Shown piece by piece: positions 18,300 to 28,180 of a DNA stretch of 64,000 nucleotides; positions within the stretch are counted from its first letter, which is position 1, and each line of letters opens with the position of its first letter. Where the stretch lies: positions 109,277 through 173,276 of IMG/VR virus record IMGVR_UViG_3300012286_000299, one strand, 5' to 3'. The position numbers were made by a program, and so were the translations under genes. Origin of the DNA: a virus. Lineage: Duplodnaviria > Heunggongvirae > Uroviricota > Caudoviricetes. A model generated the notes under the pieces. That model had not been told where the DNA came from, searched no databases, and worked only from the letters and a program-made list of their open reading frames with translations.

Positions 18300-18602
18300 A
18301 TGGCAAATCCTCAATTCAAAGGTAGACAAAAAGGATCTATCAAAAAAACATCAACAATTTCCGATCCATCATTGGGTAATTTTAAAATTATCGTAGATGA
18401 TGAAAGTTATAATCTAGTTTTAACTGACCCTGAAACTGGAAAGGAAAAAATTATTGGTTATTATACTAGATTAACTAATGCTTTAAAGTATGTAGTTAGA
18501 ACCCAAACAGTTGAGAAAAAACCAACTTATACTATTAAAGAATATATCCAAGAATTAGAAACAGTTTTAAACAATTTAAACAATTTAATTAACAATGAGT
18601 AA
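18300..18602 (+). CDS. hypothetical protein
   Basis: The track ORF 18243 starts inside the upstream hairpin and leader. The ATG at about 18300 (MANPQFKG...) follows an AT-rich leader. Confidence 0.4.
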   Translation: MANPQFKGRQKGSIKKTSTISDPSLGNFKIIVDDESYNLVLTDPETGKEKIIGYYTRLTNALKYVVRTQTVEKKPTYTIKEYIQELETVLNNLNNLINNE

Positions 18603-18888
18603 ATTAGAATCAAGAGGTGGTAGTATCATCTTAAAACAACTTGAAGAAAATGAAATGAAAGTTGGTAACATCATTATCCCTGATAATGGTCATGAAAAAT
18701 CACTTGTAGCTGAAATTATAGCAGTATCAGATGTATTTAATTGGCATAGAGGAGAATTTGTACCATCAGATCTAAAAATAGGTCAAAAAGTAGTAATCCC
18801 ACCAATGGGAGCACAAAAATTAACATTAGATAATGTAGATTATTTAATCATTTCACAAGAACAAATCCCAGCAATAATAGTAGATTAA
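18595..18888 (+). CDS. groS: co-chaperonin GroES (Cpn10)
   Basis: 97 aa with the GroES fold pattern: GGSIILKQ..EMKVGNIIIPD...EIIAVSD...GQKVVIPPMGAQKL..DNVDYLIISQEQIPAII. Directly upstream of groEL. Confidence 0.75.
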   Translation: MSKLESRGGSIILKQLEENEMKVGNIIIPDNGHEKSLVAEIIAVSDVFNWHRGEFVPSDLKIGQKVVIPPMGAQKLTLDNVDYLIISQEQIPAIIVD

Positions 18889-18890
18889 TT

Positions 18891-20531
18891 ATGACAGAAA
18901 CAGTATTTGGACCCGAATTAAAATCAAAACTATTAGAAGGAGTTAGAAAACTCAATAATAGTGTATCATCTACCCTAGGACCAGCAGGTAGAACAGTATT
19001 AATTAAAGGTGAGTATGGTCAATTAACCGTAACTAAAGACGGTGTATCCGTAGCTAAGGCTTTTAAAGAATTAGAAGATCCAGTAGAATCTACAGGTGCA
19101 GAATTAGTACAAAAAGTATCAGTTAAATCCGCAAATGAAGTTGGAGATGGAACAACTACAGGTACTTTATTAACCTATGCTCTTTTAGAAGAAGGTTTAA
19201 AACATGTTAATGCAGGACAAAATGCAGTAGAAATTAAAAAAGGTATTGATGCTGCTGTAGAAGAAATTAAATCCTCACTTAACAATTTAACAGAAGATAT
19301 TTCTGATAACCAACAAATTAAAGAAGTTGCTACTATTTCAGGTAATAACGATGAAGAAATTGGTAATTTAATTGCTACTGCTTTAGAAAAAGTAGGCAGA
19401 GATGGAGTAGTTGCTATTGAAGAGTCTAAATCAGGCGAAACTTCACTTGAAGTTGTAGAAGGTATGCAGTTTGATAGAGGTTACAAATCACCTTATTTTG
19501 TAACTGATAATAATACAATGACAGCTGTATTAGATAACCCATATATTTTAATTTATAATGGTAGAATTACTAACCACCAAGAATTAATTCCAGCTTTAAC
19601 TTTAGCTAACACTGAAAAACGTTCATTATTAGTAGTAGCAGAAGATATTGATGGTGAAGCATTAGCAGTAGCTATTGTTAATAAAATGAGAGGTATTGTA
19701 AATGTTGTTGCTGTTAAAGCTCCTGATTTTGGAGATCGTAGAACAATGGCTTTAGAAGATTTAGCTATTATTACAGGTGGTCAAGTTTTATCTAAAGATA
19801 AGGGGCATAAATTAGAAAAAATTGATGTTAATACCTTAAAACAATGTTTAGGTACATCTCGTACTGCTACAATTGGAAAAGAGAAAACTACTATTGTAGA
19901 TGGTAAAGGTGAAGAAGAAGCTATTACAACTAGAGCTCAAGAAATTAAAAAACAAATTGATGACGCTGGTTCACCATTTGAAAAAGAAAAATTACAAGAG
20001 CGTTTAGGTAAGATGATTGGTGGAGTAGCTATTATTAACGTAGGTGGTAATAGTGAATTAGAAATCAAAGAGAAAAAAGATAGAGTAGAAGATGCTTTAT
20101 TCGCTACAAGAGCTGCTTTAGAAGAAGGTATTGTAGTAGGTGGTGGTACTGCTTTATTATATGCTAGAAAATCTATTACATTTGAAGGTGCAAATGATTT
20201 TGTTTTAGGTAAAAAAATAGTTTATAAAGCTGTAACAGCACCCTTCCAGAAAATTTTAACTAATGCCGGACACGATCTTGTAGAAGTACAATATTTAGGT
20301 TCTAAATTAACTGATTCTGAAAAAGGAAGTAATTGGGCAGGTCTTAATTATAAAGATTTATCAACAATGGATTTCAAATCAGCAGGTATTATTGATCCTA
20401 AAAAAGTAACTCGTATTGCATTAGAAAATGCAGCATCAGTTGCAGGTACAATTTTAACAACTGAATCTGTAATCTACGAGAAAAAAGAAGACAATAAAGA
20501 AGAAATCAATCCTATGCAAGGAATGATGTAA
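18891..20531 (+). CDS. groL: chaperonin GroEL (Cpn60)
   Basis: LGPAGRTVLI, AVKAPDFGDRR, GGGTALL and the C-terminal Gly-Met tail PMQGMM, in 546 aa. Confidence 0.9.
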   Translation: MTETVFGPELKSKLLEGVRKLNNSVSSTLGPAGRTVLIKGEYGQLTVTKDGVSVAKAFKELEDPVESTGAELVQKVSVKSANEVGDGTTTGTLLTYALLEEGLKHVNAGQNAVEIKKGIDAAVEEIKSSLNNLTEDISDNQQIKEVATISGNNDEEIGNLIATALEKVGRDGVVAIEESKSGETSLEVVEGMQFDRGYKSPYFVTDNNTMTAVLDNPYILIYNGRITNHQELIPALTLANTEKRSLLVVAEDIDGEALAVAIVNKMRGIVNVVAVKAPDFGDRRTMALEDLAIITGGQVLSKDKGHKLEKIDVNTLKQCLGTSRTATIGKEKTTIVDGKGEEEAITTRAQEIKKQIDDAGSPFEKEKLQERLGKMIGGVAIINVGGNSELEIKEKKDRVEDALFATRAALEEGIVVGGGTALLYARKSITFEGANDFVLGKKIVYKAVTAPFQKILTNAGHDLVEVQYLGSKLTDSEKGSNWAGLNYKDLSTMDFKSAGIIDPKKVTRIALENAASVAGTILTTESVIYEKKEDNKEEINPMQGMM

Positions 20532-20538
20532 TAAATTT

Positions 20539-20560
20539 GGAGTCTCGAAAGAGACTCCAT
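20539..20560 (+). terminator. intrinsic terminator after groEL
   Basis: Hairpin ggagtctc-gaaa-gagactcc followed by an A/T-rich tract. Confidence 0.55.
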
Positions 20561-20573
20561 ATATTAAAAAGTT

Positions 20574-21485
20574 ATGTTCAATAAAAAACACACTATTTGG
20601 GTAGAAAAATACAGACCAGATACTTTAGAAGGGTATATTGGTAATGAATTTTTTGTAGAGAAATTAAATCAATGGGTAGGAGATAATGATATCCCTCATC
20701 TATTACTTACAGGTCCTGCTGGTACAGGAAAAACAACTGCTGCTAAATTAATAGTAAATAATATTAATTGTGATTTTATCTACATTAATTGTTCAGATGA
20801 AAATGGTGTTGATACTATTAGAGATAAAGTAAAATCGTTTGTTTCCGCTGCTAGTTTTAAACCACTTAAAGTGGTTATAATGGATGAAGCAGATTTCTTA
20901 ACACTTAATGCTCAAGCATCTTTAAGAAACGTAATTGAAACTTATAGTTTAAATGCTCGTTTTATATTTACTTGTAATTTTGTAGAAAGAATTATGGAAC
21001 CAATTCAATCTAGAACAAATATATTTGAATTAATGCCTCCTTCTATGCAAGATGTAGCATTCAAATGTGTTGAAATTTTAGATTTAGAAAAAATTACTTA
21101 TACTAGAGCAGATATAGTAAGAATTGTAAAACAAACTTACCCTGATATTAGAAAGTGTTTAAACTTACTCCAAATATCTATTAGAAATGGAGAATTAATT
21201 GAAAGTAGAACTTCATCTAATTTTAAACAAACCTCTGACCAAGTAATAGAATTACTTAAAACTAAAAACGTTAAAAACTTTACTGCTATAAGACAGTTAG
21301 TAATGGATTCTAATGTTAGAGATTACAACGAGTTATATAGAGTATTATTTGAAAGAGCAGATGAATTTAATGAATCTGCTGTTACTACTCTTATAATAGC
21401 TGATTACCAACACAAATCAATTATGGCACCTGATAAAGAAATTACATTTTGTGCCTGTATCGCTAAATTATTAACAACTAAATAA
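20574..21485 (+). CDS. clamp-loader AAA+ ATPase (RFC/gp44-like)
   Basis: Walker A LLLTGPAGTGKTT, Walker B VVIMDEADFLT and sensor IQSRTNIF (an SRC-like SRT). Confidence 0.75.
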   Translation: MFNKKHTIWVEKYRPDTLEGYIGNEFFVEKLNQWVGDNDIPHLLLTGPAGTGKTTAAKLIVNNINCDFIYINCSDENGVDTIRDKVKSFVSAASFKPLKVVIMDEADFLTLNAQASLRNVIETYSLNARFIFTCNFVERIMEPIQSRTNIFELMPPSMQDVAFKCVEILDLEKITYTRADIVRIVKQTYPDIRKCLNLLQISIRNGELIESRTSSNFKQTSDQVIELLKTKNVKNFTAIRQLVMDSNVRDYNELYRVLFERADEFNESAVTTLIIADYQHKSIMAPDKEITFCACIAKLLTTK

Positions 21486-21487
21486 AA

Positions 21488-21736
21488 ATGGAAGGACAAC
21501 AACCACAAATGAGCTTAGATTTAAGCAAAACAACTCCAATTTTAACTGCTGCTGGCGGTAAAATTTGGCATCAAGGATACCTTTTAAGAAAAGTATCTAA
21601 ATTTATAACTGGTACTAATGAAGACAATGTGCTACCAATCCAAGTATTCTATGATCCAGAAACTGGTGAGATTTTAAAAGATGGTTTACCTGATGAGTTT
21701 AAATTCATTTTAGAAGATGGACAAGAAAATCAATAG
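21488..21736 (+). CDS. hypothetical protein (possibly a clamp-loader small subunit)
   Basis: 82-aa ORF immediately after the clamp loader. Confidence 0.35.
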   Translation: MEGQQPQMSLDLSKTTPILTAAGGKIWHQGYLLRKVSKFITGTNEDNVLPIQVFYDPETGEILKDGLPDEFKFILEDGQENQ

Positions 21737-22139
21737 TATATTTGATTGGGTAAAACAAATGTCTTATGATAAAGAATCATGGTCCTCATTTTCGAATGAG
21801 GAGCATGAAATCTTTAGTAATTTTATGGTTAACAAAATAATTTCAATGAATCCTAACTATATTGAGTTAGTAGCTGAAATACAAGAATACCAAATGCCCA
21901 AACAAAAACTATATGAATTTTATTGTAAAACTTTACCTAAACAAAAATTCTTTAACAAATATCAAAAACCCTCTAAACAACAATACCCAAAAGAAGTAAT
22001 AAATTTATTAACACTTTATTATCAAATAAGTACAAGAGAAGTTTTAGATTACTGTAATATCTTAACACAACAAGATATAAAAGATATTTTATTACAATTA
22101 GGTAAAGATGAAAAAGAAATCAAAAAATTACTAAAATGA
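21717..22139 (+). CDS. hypothetical protein
   Basis: 140-aa ORF. Confidence 0.45.
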   Translation: MDKKINSIFDWVKQMSYDKESWSSFSNEEHEIFSNFMVNKIISMNPNYIELVAEIQEYQMPKQKLYEFYCKTLPKQKFFNKYQKPSKQQYPKEVINLLTLYYQISTREVLDYCNILTQQDIKDILLQLGKDEKEIKKLLK

Positions 22140-22420
22140 GTGATTCAATAAAAAAATTTGAAGAAATGAATGATAGAGAAATGCATTTCACCATTGATGA
22201 TGATGAAAATAATATGGTAATACATCCAAATCACTATGGAGGTAAAGATAACCCTTATGAGGCTATCAAAGTTATAGAAGCTTGGGAAGTAGGATTTAAT
22301 TTAGGTAATACACTTAAATATATTTCCAGAGCAGGTAAAAAAGATAATATAATCCAGGATTTAGAAAAAGCTCTATTTTATTTAGATAGAGAAATCCAAA
22401 ATAGAAAAAAACTTGGCTAA
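22136..22420 (+). CDS. hypothetical protein
   Basis: 94-aa ORF, ATGA-coupled. Confidence 0.4.
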   Translation: MSDSIKKFEEMNDREMHFTIDDDENNMVIHPNHYGGKDNPYEAIKVIEAWEVGFNLGNTLKYISRAGKKDNIIQDLEKALFYLDREIQNRKKLG

Positions 22421-23384
22421 ACAAATCCCACCAGTATTAAAGGATCTTAAGAAGGTAATAGTTCCACCCGTCAACTACGAAGTTAATAAGTATATATCGT
22501 ATTCTCAATTAAGTATGTTTTCTAACTGCCCTTTTCAATGGGGTTTGAGATATAGAGATGGCTTTAAAGTATTTGAACCAAGTATACACGCGGTATTTGG
22601 AACAGCATTACACTTAACTCTACAAAACTATTTAACAGTATTGTATGAAGAAAGTGGTGTAGCAGCAGATCATTTAGATATTGAGACAGATTTTAAAAAT
22701 GCTTTAAAAAACGAATACAAACTTACTTTAGAAAAGAATAATAATGTTCATTTTTCTACAGCTGCGGAATTAGCAGAATTTTGTGATGATGGGATTCAAA
22801 TCCTTAATTTCATTAGAGAAAAACGAGCTGCTTACTTTTCTAAAAAAGGTTGGTATTTAGTAGGTTGTGAGTTACCAATTGTTTTGAACCCTATTAAAAC
22901 TCTAGAAAAAGTCTTTATAACAGGTTTTATTGATGTAGTGTTTTACCATGAACCAACTAATACAATTAAGATTCTTGATATAAAGACTTCAACTAGAGGT
23001 TGGGGTGACAAAGAAAAGAAAGATGATGTTAAAGTGACTCAAATACTTCTATACAAAAAGTTCTTTGCAGAACAATATGATTTCCCAATGGATAACATTG
23101 AGGTAGAATTCTTTATTACAAGAAGAAAAGTATATGAAGGTGGAGATTTCCCACAAAAACGAATTCAAGAATTTAAACCTGCTGCAGGTAAAATAAAATT
23201 GAATAAATCTACACAATTATTAGAAGGGTTTTTAAAACAAGTATTTGATTCTGAAGGGAATTACAATATGGCCGAATTAGAGAAAAAACCAAGTAAACGT
23301 AATTGTCATTTTTGTCCTTACAAAAATAATCAAGATTTATGTGATAAAAACGAGGATATTAAAAAAACATTCAAATTTTATTAG
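22413..23384 (+). CDS. PD-(D/E)XK nuclease with a C-terminal Cys cluster (Cas4/RecB-like exonuclease)
   Basis: GFIDVVFYH...ILDIKTS (D...D/E-x-K core) and C-terminal CHFCPYKNNQDLCDKN, typical of Cas4-like Fe-S nucleases. Confidence 0.6.
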   Translation: MAKQIPPVLKDLKKVIVPPVNYEVNKYISYSQLSMFSNCPFQWGLRYRDGFKVFEPSIHAVFGTALHLTLQNYLTVLYEESGVAADHLDIETDFKNALKNEYKLTLEKNNNVHFSTAAELAEFCDDGIQILNFIREKRAAYFSKKGWYLVGCELPIVLNPIKTLEKVFITGFIDVVFYHEPTNTIKILDIKTSTRGWGDKEKKDDVKVTQILLYKKFFAEQYDFPMDNIEVEFFITRRKVYEGGDFPQKRIQEFKPAAGKIKLNKSTQLLEGFLKQVFDSEGNYNMAELEKKPSKRNCHFCPYKNNQDLCDKNEDIKKTFKFY

Positions 23385-23425
23385 AGTACATATATTTATA
23401 TATAATAACAATAAAAATATAAATT

Positions 23426-23614
23426 ATGTCACAAAATCAACAATTAACAAGTGTGAAGGTAGACAAAGATATCTTTGAAGCTTTCAAAATTGAGACTATT
23501 AAAACTAAGTTCTCATTACAAAAATTAGCAGATAGGTGTATGCATCTATACTTAACAGACCCTGAATTTCAAAAAATGGTTCACGATCATATGAATTTGG
23601 AATTAGAAAAATAA
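23426..23614 (+). CDS. hypothetical small protein
   Basis: 62-aa ORF. Confidence 0.35.
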   Translation: MSQNQQLTSVKVDKDIFEAFKIETIKTKFSLQKLADRCMHLYLTDPEFQKMVHDHMNLELEK

Positions 23615-23619
23615 AATTT

Positions 23620-25044
23620 ATGAAAGAAGGTTATATACCAAAAGAACAAAGAAAAAAGATATTATTCATTTGTGATGATATCAGAATGCACTCGGGTGTA
23701 GCTACAATGGCTCGAGAAATAGTTTTAGGAACCTCTCACCATTATAACTGGGTAATAATTGGAGCAGCTATTGATCATCCTGAATCAGGACAAAGATTAG
23801 ACTTATCTGATGCTACTAACAAAGAAACTGGAAATGAGGATACAAATGTAATTATCTATCCTAGTAATGGATATGGAAGTGCTGATTTAATCAGATATAT
23901 GATAAAGAATGAAAAACCTGATGGGTTAATGTTCTTTACGGATCCAAGATATTATGACTGGTTATTTGCTATCGAAAATGAAGTAAGAAAACAAATACCA
24001 ATGATTTACTTAAACATTTGGGATGATTTACCTGCTCCACTTTATAATAGAGCATTCTATGAATCATGTGATGCTTTATTAGCTATCTCAAAACAAACCA
24101 AAAACATTAATGAAATGGTTTTAGGTAAAAAAGCAGATGGTAAAGTTATCTCTTATGTACCTCATGGTATTAATGAAAAAATGTTTTATCCTATAGAAGA
24201 TAAAACACAGTTACAAGAAACTAAGAAAAAATTATTTGGAGATAAAGAATTTGATTTTGTATTATTCTTTAATTCACGTAATATTAGGAGAAAATGTACT
24301 AGTGATTTATTAGCAGCTCATAAAATGTTTTTAGATTCTTTACCTAAAGAAAAAGCTGATAAAATTGCCTTAGTATTACATACACAAGTTGTAGATAATA
24401 ATGGTACTGATTTAGATGCTGTTAGAACTTTATTATTTGGTAAGAAATCAAACATATTCTTTTCAGATCAAAGAATTGATACTGCTGAGTTAAATAGAAT
24501 TTATAATATATCTGATGCTGTAGTATTACCTTCTTCAAATGAAGGATGGGGATTAGCAATAACTGAAGCTATGATGGCTGGTAAAATGATAATCGCTAAT
24601 GTAACTGGAGGTATGCAAGATCAAATGCGTTTTGAGGATGAAAATGGTAAATGGATTGAATTAACACCTGAATTTCCTTCTAATCATTTTGGTACTTATA
24701 AAAAATGTGGTAAGTGGGCTGTACCTGTATTCCCTAATAACATGTCATTAGTAGGTTCACCTATAACTCCTTATATTTGGGATGATAGATTAGATTTTAG
24801 AGACTTAGCAAATGCTATTAATCAGGTTTATGAATTATCTCCTGAAGAAAGAGTAGAAAATGGTAAAGCAGCTAGAGAATGGGTAACTTCTGATGAATCT
24901 GGTATGAGTGCTAGAATGATGTGCAATAATGTAATTAAAGATATTGATTTAACTTTAGAAACATTTAAACCTAAAAAATCATTTGATCTACTTTTAGTAG
25001 AAGATTTGGAACCTCTAGAATTAGTTCATAAATTAACGTATTAA
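23620..25044 (+). CDS. glycosyltransferase, GT-B fold (GT4-like)
   Basis: E-x7-E motif region LPSSNEGWGLAITEAMMAGKMII; 474 aa. Confidence 0.7.
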   Translation: MKEGYIPKEQRKKILFICDDIRMHSGVATMAREIVLGTSHHYNWVIIGAAIDHPESGQRLDLSDATNKETGNEDTNVIIYPSNGYGSADLIRYMIKNEKPDGLMFFTDPRYYDWLFAIENEVRKQIPMIYLNIWDDLPAPLYNRAFYESCDALLAISKQTKNINEMVLGKKADGKVISYVPHGINEKMFYPIEDKTQLQETKKKLFGDKEFDFVLFFNSRNIRRKCTSDLLAAHKMFLDSLPKEKADKIALVLHTQVVDNNGTDLDAVRTLLFGKKSNIFFSDQRIDTAELNRIYNISDAVVLPSSNEGWGLAITEAMMAGKMIIANVTGGMQDQMRFEDENGKWIELTPEFPSNHFGTYKKCGKWAVPVFPNNMSLVGSPITPYIWDDRLDFRDLANAINQVYELSPEERVENGKAAREWVTSDESGMSARMMCNNVIKDIDLTLETFKPKKSFDLLLVEDLEPLELVHKLTY

Positions 25045-25102
25045 TTAGATAAGATAAGTTTTCCATTGGGTACATATATTTATTATCATAAATACGTACC
25101 TA

Positions 25103-25774
25103 ATGGATTATCAAAGAATTTACAACCAATTAATAGAAAAAGCTCAAAGTAGAACCTTAGAAGGTTATATTGAAAAACATCATATTATCCCTAAATGTCT
25201 AGGAGGAAGTAATGATAAAGAAAATTTAGTAGAATTAACAGCAAGAGAACATTTTTTATGTCATATGTTACTTTGTGAGATTTATCCTAAAGAAAATAAA
25301 CTAAAACATGCCTTATTTTTAATGTCTATTGGTAAACAAAGGATTAAAGAAAAACATTATGTTGTTGGTTCTAGAGTTTATGAAAGGCTTAAAACTGAAT
25401 ATTCTCAATTTTTAACAGGTAAAAAACAATCACAAGAAACTAAAGATAAAAAGAGTAAAGCTATGTTAGGAATTTGGGAAGATAAAACCCAAGAAGAAAA
25501 ATCTAAGATAGGACAAAAAAGATGGGACACTAGAATCAAAAATGGGACTACTAATATTAAAAGTATTAATAGAAGTAAATCATTAAAGGGTAGAGAAATT
25601 ACATGGGACCGAGGAGTTAATAAAATCATTATTCAATATGATAAACAAAATAACTTTATTAAAGAATGGTCTAGTATATCAGAAGCTCAAAGGCAAATAG
25701 GAGGGGATATTAAAGGTGCTTTAGCAGGGAGGCAAAAAACTGCTGCAGGTTTTATTTGGAAATACAAAAACTAG
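25103..25774 (+). CDS. HNH homing-type endonuclease
   Basis: EKHHIIPKCLGGSNDKENLVELTAREHFLCH (HNH core) plus a C-terminal IENR/NUMOD-like region. Sits between two glycosyltransferase genes. Confidence 0.6.
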   Translation: MDYQRIYNQLIEKAQSRTLEGYIEKHHIIPKCLGGSNDKENLVELTAREHFLCHMLLCEIYPKENKLKHALFLMSIGKQRIKEKHYVVGSRVYERLKTEYSQFLTGKKQSQETKDKKSKAMLGIWEDKTQEEKSKIGQKRWDTRIKNGTTNIKSINRSKSLKGREITWDRGVNKIIIQYDKQNNFIKEWSSISEAQRQIGGDIKGALAGRQKTAAGFIWKYKN

Positions 25775-25797
25775 TTATTATATTAAAATAAAAAAAA

Positions 25798-27105
25798 ATG
25801 AAAAATACATTTGTGATATCATGTCCCATAGATTGTTATGCAGGGTATGGAGCACGTTCACGTGATTTAGTTAAAGCGTTAATTAATTTAGATAAATACG
25901 ATGTTAAAATAATGCCTCAACGTTGGGGAAATACACCTTGGAGTTTTATTGAAGATCATCAAGAAGAATGGGGATTTTTACAACCACATATTTTAACAGG
26001 TCAGTTAACTCAACAACCTGATATTTGGGCTCAAATAACAGTACCTAATGAATTTCAAGCTATTGGAAAATATAATATTGGAATAACAGCGGGTATCGAA
26101 ACTACTATTTGTGCTCCTCAATGGATTGAGGGTATGAATAGAATGAGTTTAAATTTAGTTTCATCAGAACATGCTAAAAAAGTATTTCAAGATTCTAAAT
26201 TTCAAAAACATGATGAAAGGACTAAACAAGTTGTTGGTGTAATAGAATTAACATCTCCTATTGAAGTATTATTTGAAGGAGTAGATATTGTTAAATACTT
26301 TGCATCTACATTAACTCCTACTTCCGAAATAAAGCAAGCCTTAGATAATGTAAAAGAAGAGTTTGCATTTTTATTTGTGGGTCATTGGCTTCAAGGTGAT
26401 TGGGGTCAAGATAGAAAAGATGTAGGAGGGTTAGTTAGAGTATTCTTAGAAGCCTTTAAAAATAAATCTAAAAAACCTGCTCTTATATTAAAAACAATGT
26501 CAGGTCCAACTAGTATTATAGATAGAGATAATATCTTGAAAAAAATAGACGTTATAAGACAATCTATGCCTACTAAAAACTTACCTAATATTTACTTATT
26601 TCATGGTGAAATATCAGACGATGAAATGAATCAATTATATAACCATTCTAAAGTAAAAGCAATGGTTAGTTTTACTAAAGGAGAAGGATTTGGTAGACCT
26701 TTACTTGAATTTACTCAAACTAAAAAACCAGTTATTGCTTCAAATTGGAGTGGACAATTGGATTTCTTAAACCCTGAATTTACTTCATTAATACCTGGTA
26801 CTTTAACTAATATTCATCCATCTGCTCAAGTTAAGGATATGTTAATTGATGGTTCACAGTGGTTTACAGTAGATTATGGATTTGCTGGTGGTATATTAAG
26901 AGATTATTTTGAAAATTATAAAAAATATCAAGATAATGGTAAACGTTTAGCACATTATTGTAAAACTAATTTCTCATTTGAGAAAATGCAAGAAAAATTA
27001 GATACTATATTAACTGCTAATATACCTGAGTTTCCAAAGCAAGTGCAATTGAAATTACCTCAATTAAAAAAGGTTGAGTTACCTAAATTAAAAAAAGTAG
27101 AATAA
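25798..27105 (+). CDS. glycosyltransferase, GT-B fold (putative)
   Basis: FTKGEGFGRPLLEFTQTKKPVIASNWSGQLDFL resembles the GT4 E-x7-E donor-binding block; 435 aa. Confidence 0.5.
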   Translation: MKNTFVISCPIDCYAGYGARSRDLVKALINLDKYDVKIMPQRWGNTPWSFIEDHQEEWGFLQPHILTGQLTQQPDIWAQITVPNEFQAIGKYNIGITAGIETTICAPQWIEGMNRMSLNLVSSEHAKKVFQDSKFQKHDERTKQVVGVIELTSPIEVLFEGVDIVKYFASTLTPTSEIKQALDNVKEEFAFLFVGHWLQGDWGQDRKDVGGLVRVFLEAFKNKSKKPALILKTMSGPTSIIDRDNILKKIDVIRQSMPTKNLPNIYLFHGEISDDEMNQLYNHSKVKAMVSFTKGEGFGRPLLEFTQTKKPVIASNWSGQLDFLNPEFTSLIPGTLTNIHPSAQVKDMLIDGSQWFTVDYGFAGGILRDYFENYKKYQDNGKRLAHYCKTNFSFEKMQEKLDTILTANIPEFPKQVQLKLPQLKKVELPKLKKVE

Positions 27106-27106
27106 A

Positions 27107-27559
27107 ATGAAAGATAAATTATCTATATGCCCACGTTGCGGGAGTGATGCTTGTTATGTCACTCCTGTAAATGAAGTAAAAAACAACTATTTCTGTTTTG
27201 GATGTGGTTTTCAAACAAATGACCTAATGAAAGAAGGTGAATTTGATTTTGAAACATATGAAGAACCATTACCTGAACTATATAAAGATCTTAAAAACAC
27301 TGATTCAGAAAAACGTGTTTGGTATCCAATTACTATTAATATTCAGGATAAAGGAACGGTATTTGCCAATGGAAAAACCAAAGATAATTGGACATGGGCA
27401 GGAGTAAAGGCCGTTGAAGTAAGCGAAGAAGAAAAAGGTAAATTTAAAATACCTGGTACTGAAGATTACTATACTCATAAAACTGATATTAAATCTTTAA
27501 AGAATTATCCACAAGATGATTTTATTGAAGCCCTAGATTATATAGGTTTTTATAATTAA
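27107..27559 (+). CDS. zinc-ribbon protein
   Basis: CPRCGSDACYV...CFGCGF at the N-terminus. Confidence 0.4.
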   Translation: MKDKLSICPRCGSDACYVTPVNEVKNNYFCFGCGFQTNDLMKEGEFDFETYEEPLPELYKDLKNTDSEKRVWYPITINIQDKGTVFANGKTKDNWTWAGVKAVEVSEEEKGKFKIPGTEDYYTHKTDIKSLKNYPQDDFIEALDYIGFYN

Positions 27560-27562
27560 TAT

Positions 27563-28180
27563 ATGAGAATAAGTTATGCAATTCCTGTTTGTAATGAACA
27601 TGAAGAATTAATGAGATTACTAAGCATCCTCATCACCAATAAAAGAGATGAGGATGAAATAGTAGTTCAATGTGATCAGGGTAATACTACACCTGAAGTA
27701 TATAAAGTATTAGACCAATTTTTTGGTAGAATAAGTGTTATAGAATTTCCATTAAAAGGTAATTTTGCGGCTTTTAAAAATAATTTAAAGAAGCATTGTA
27801 CTGGAGAATGGATTTTTCAAATTGATGCTGATGAATACGTAACTATTGAATTTTTACAAAGTTTACATTTAATTTTACAAGATAATCCTACAACAGAAGT
27901 ATTTTTGCTTCCTAGAATTAATACTGTAGAAGGATTAACTCAAGAGCATATTAATAAATGGAGATGGAATGTAAATGAGAAAGGATGGGTTAACTTCCCA
28001 GATTTACAACCTCGTATACTTCAAAATTCACCTAAAATTAATTGGGGTAATAAAGTACATGAAGTACTAATGGGTCATAGTACATGGTCTACTTTACCAT
28101 TAGAAGATGATTATTGTCTGTATCATCCAAAACATATTGAAAGACAAGAACGACAAAATAATTTATACGATTTATTATGA
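27563..28180 (+). CDS. glycosyltransferase family 2-like (putative)
   Basis: N-terminal ISYAIPVCNEHEEL resembles the GT2 ...IPxYNE... start, with EIVVQCDQGNTT at the DxD-like position. Confidence 0.4.
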   Translation: MRISYAIPVCNEHEELMRLLSILITNKRDEDEIVVQCDQGNTTPEVYKVLDQFFGRISVIEFPLKGNFAAFKNNLKKHCTGEWIFQIDADEYVTIEFLQSLHLILQDNPTTEVFLLPRINTVEGLTQEHINKWRWNVNEKGWVNFPDLQPRILQNSPKINWGNKVHEVLMGHSTWSTLPLEDDYCLYHPKHIERQERQNNLYDLL

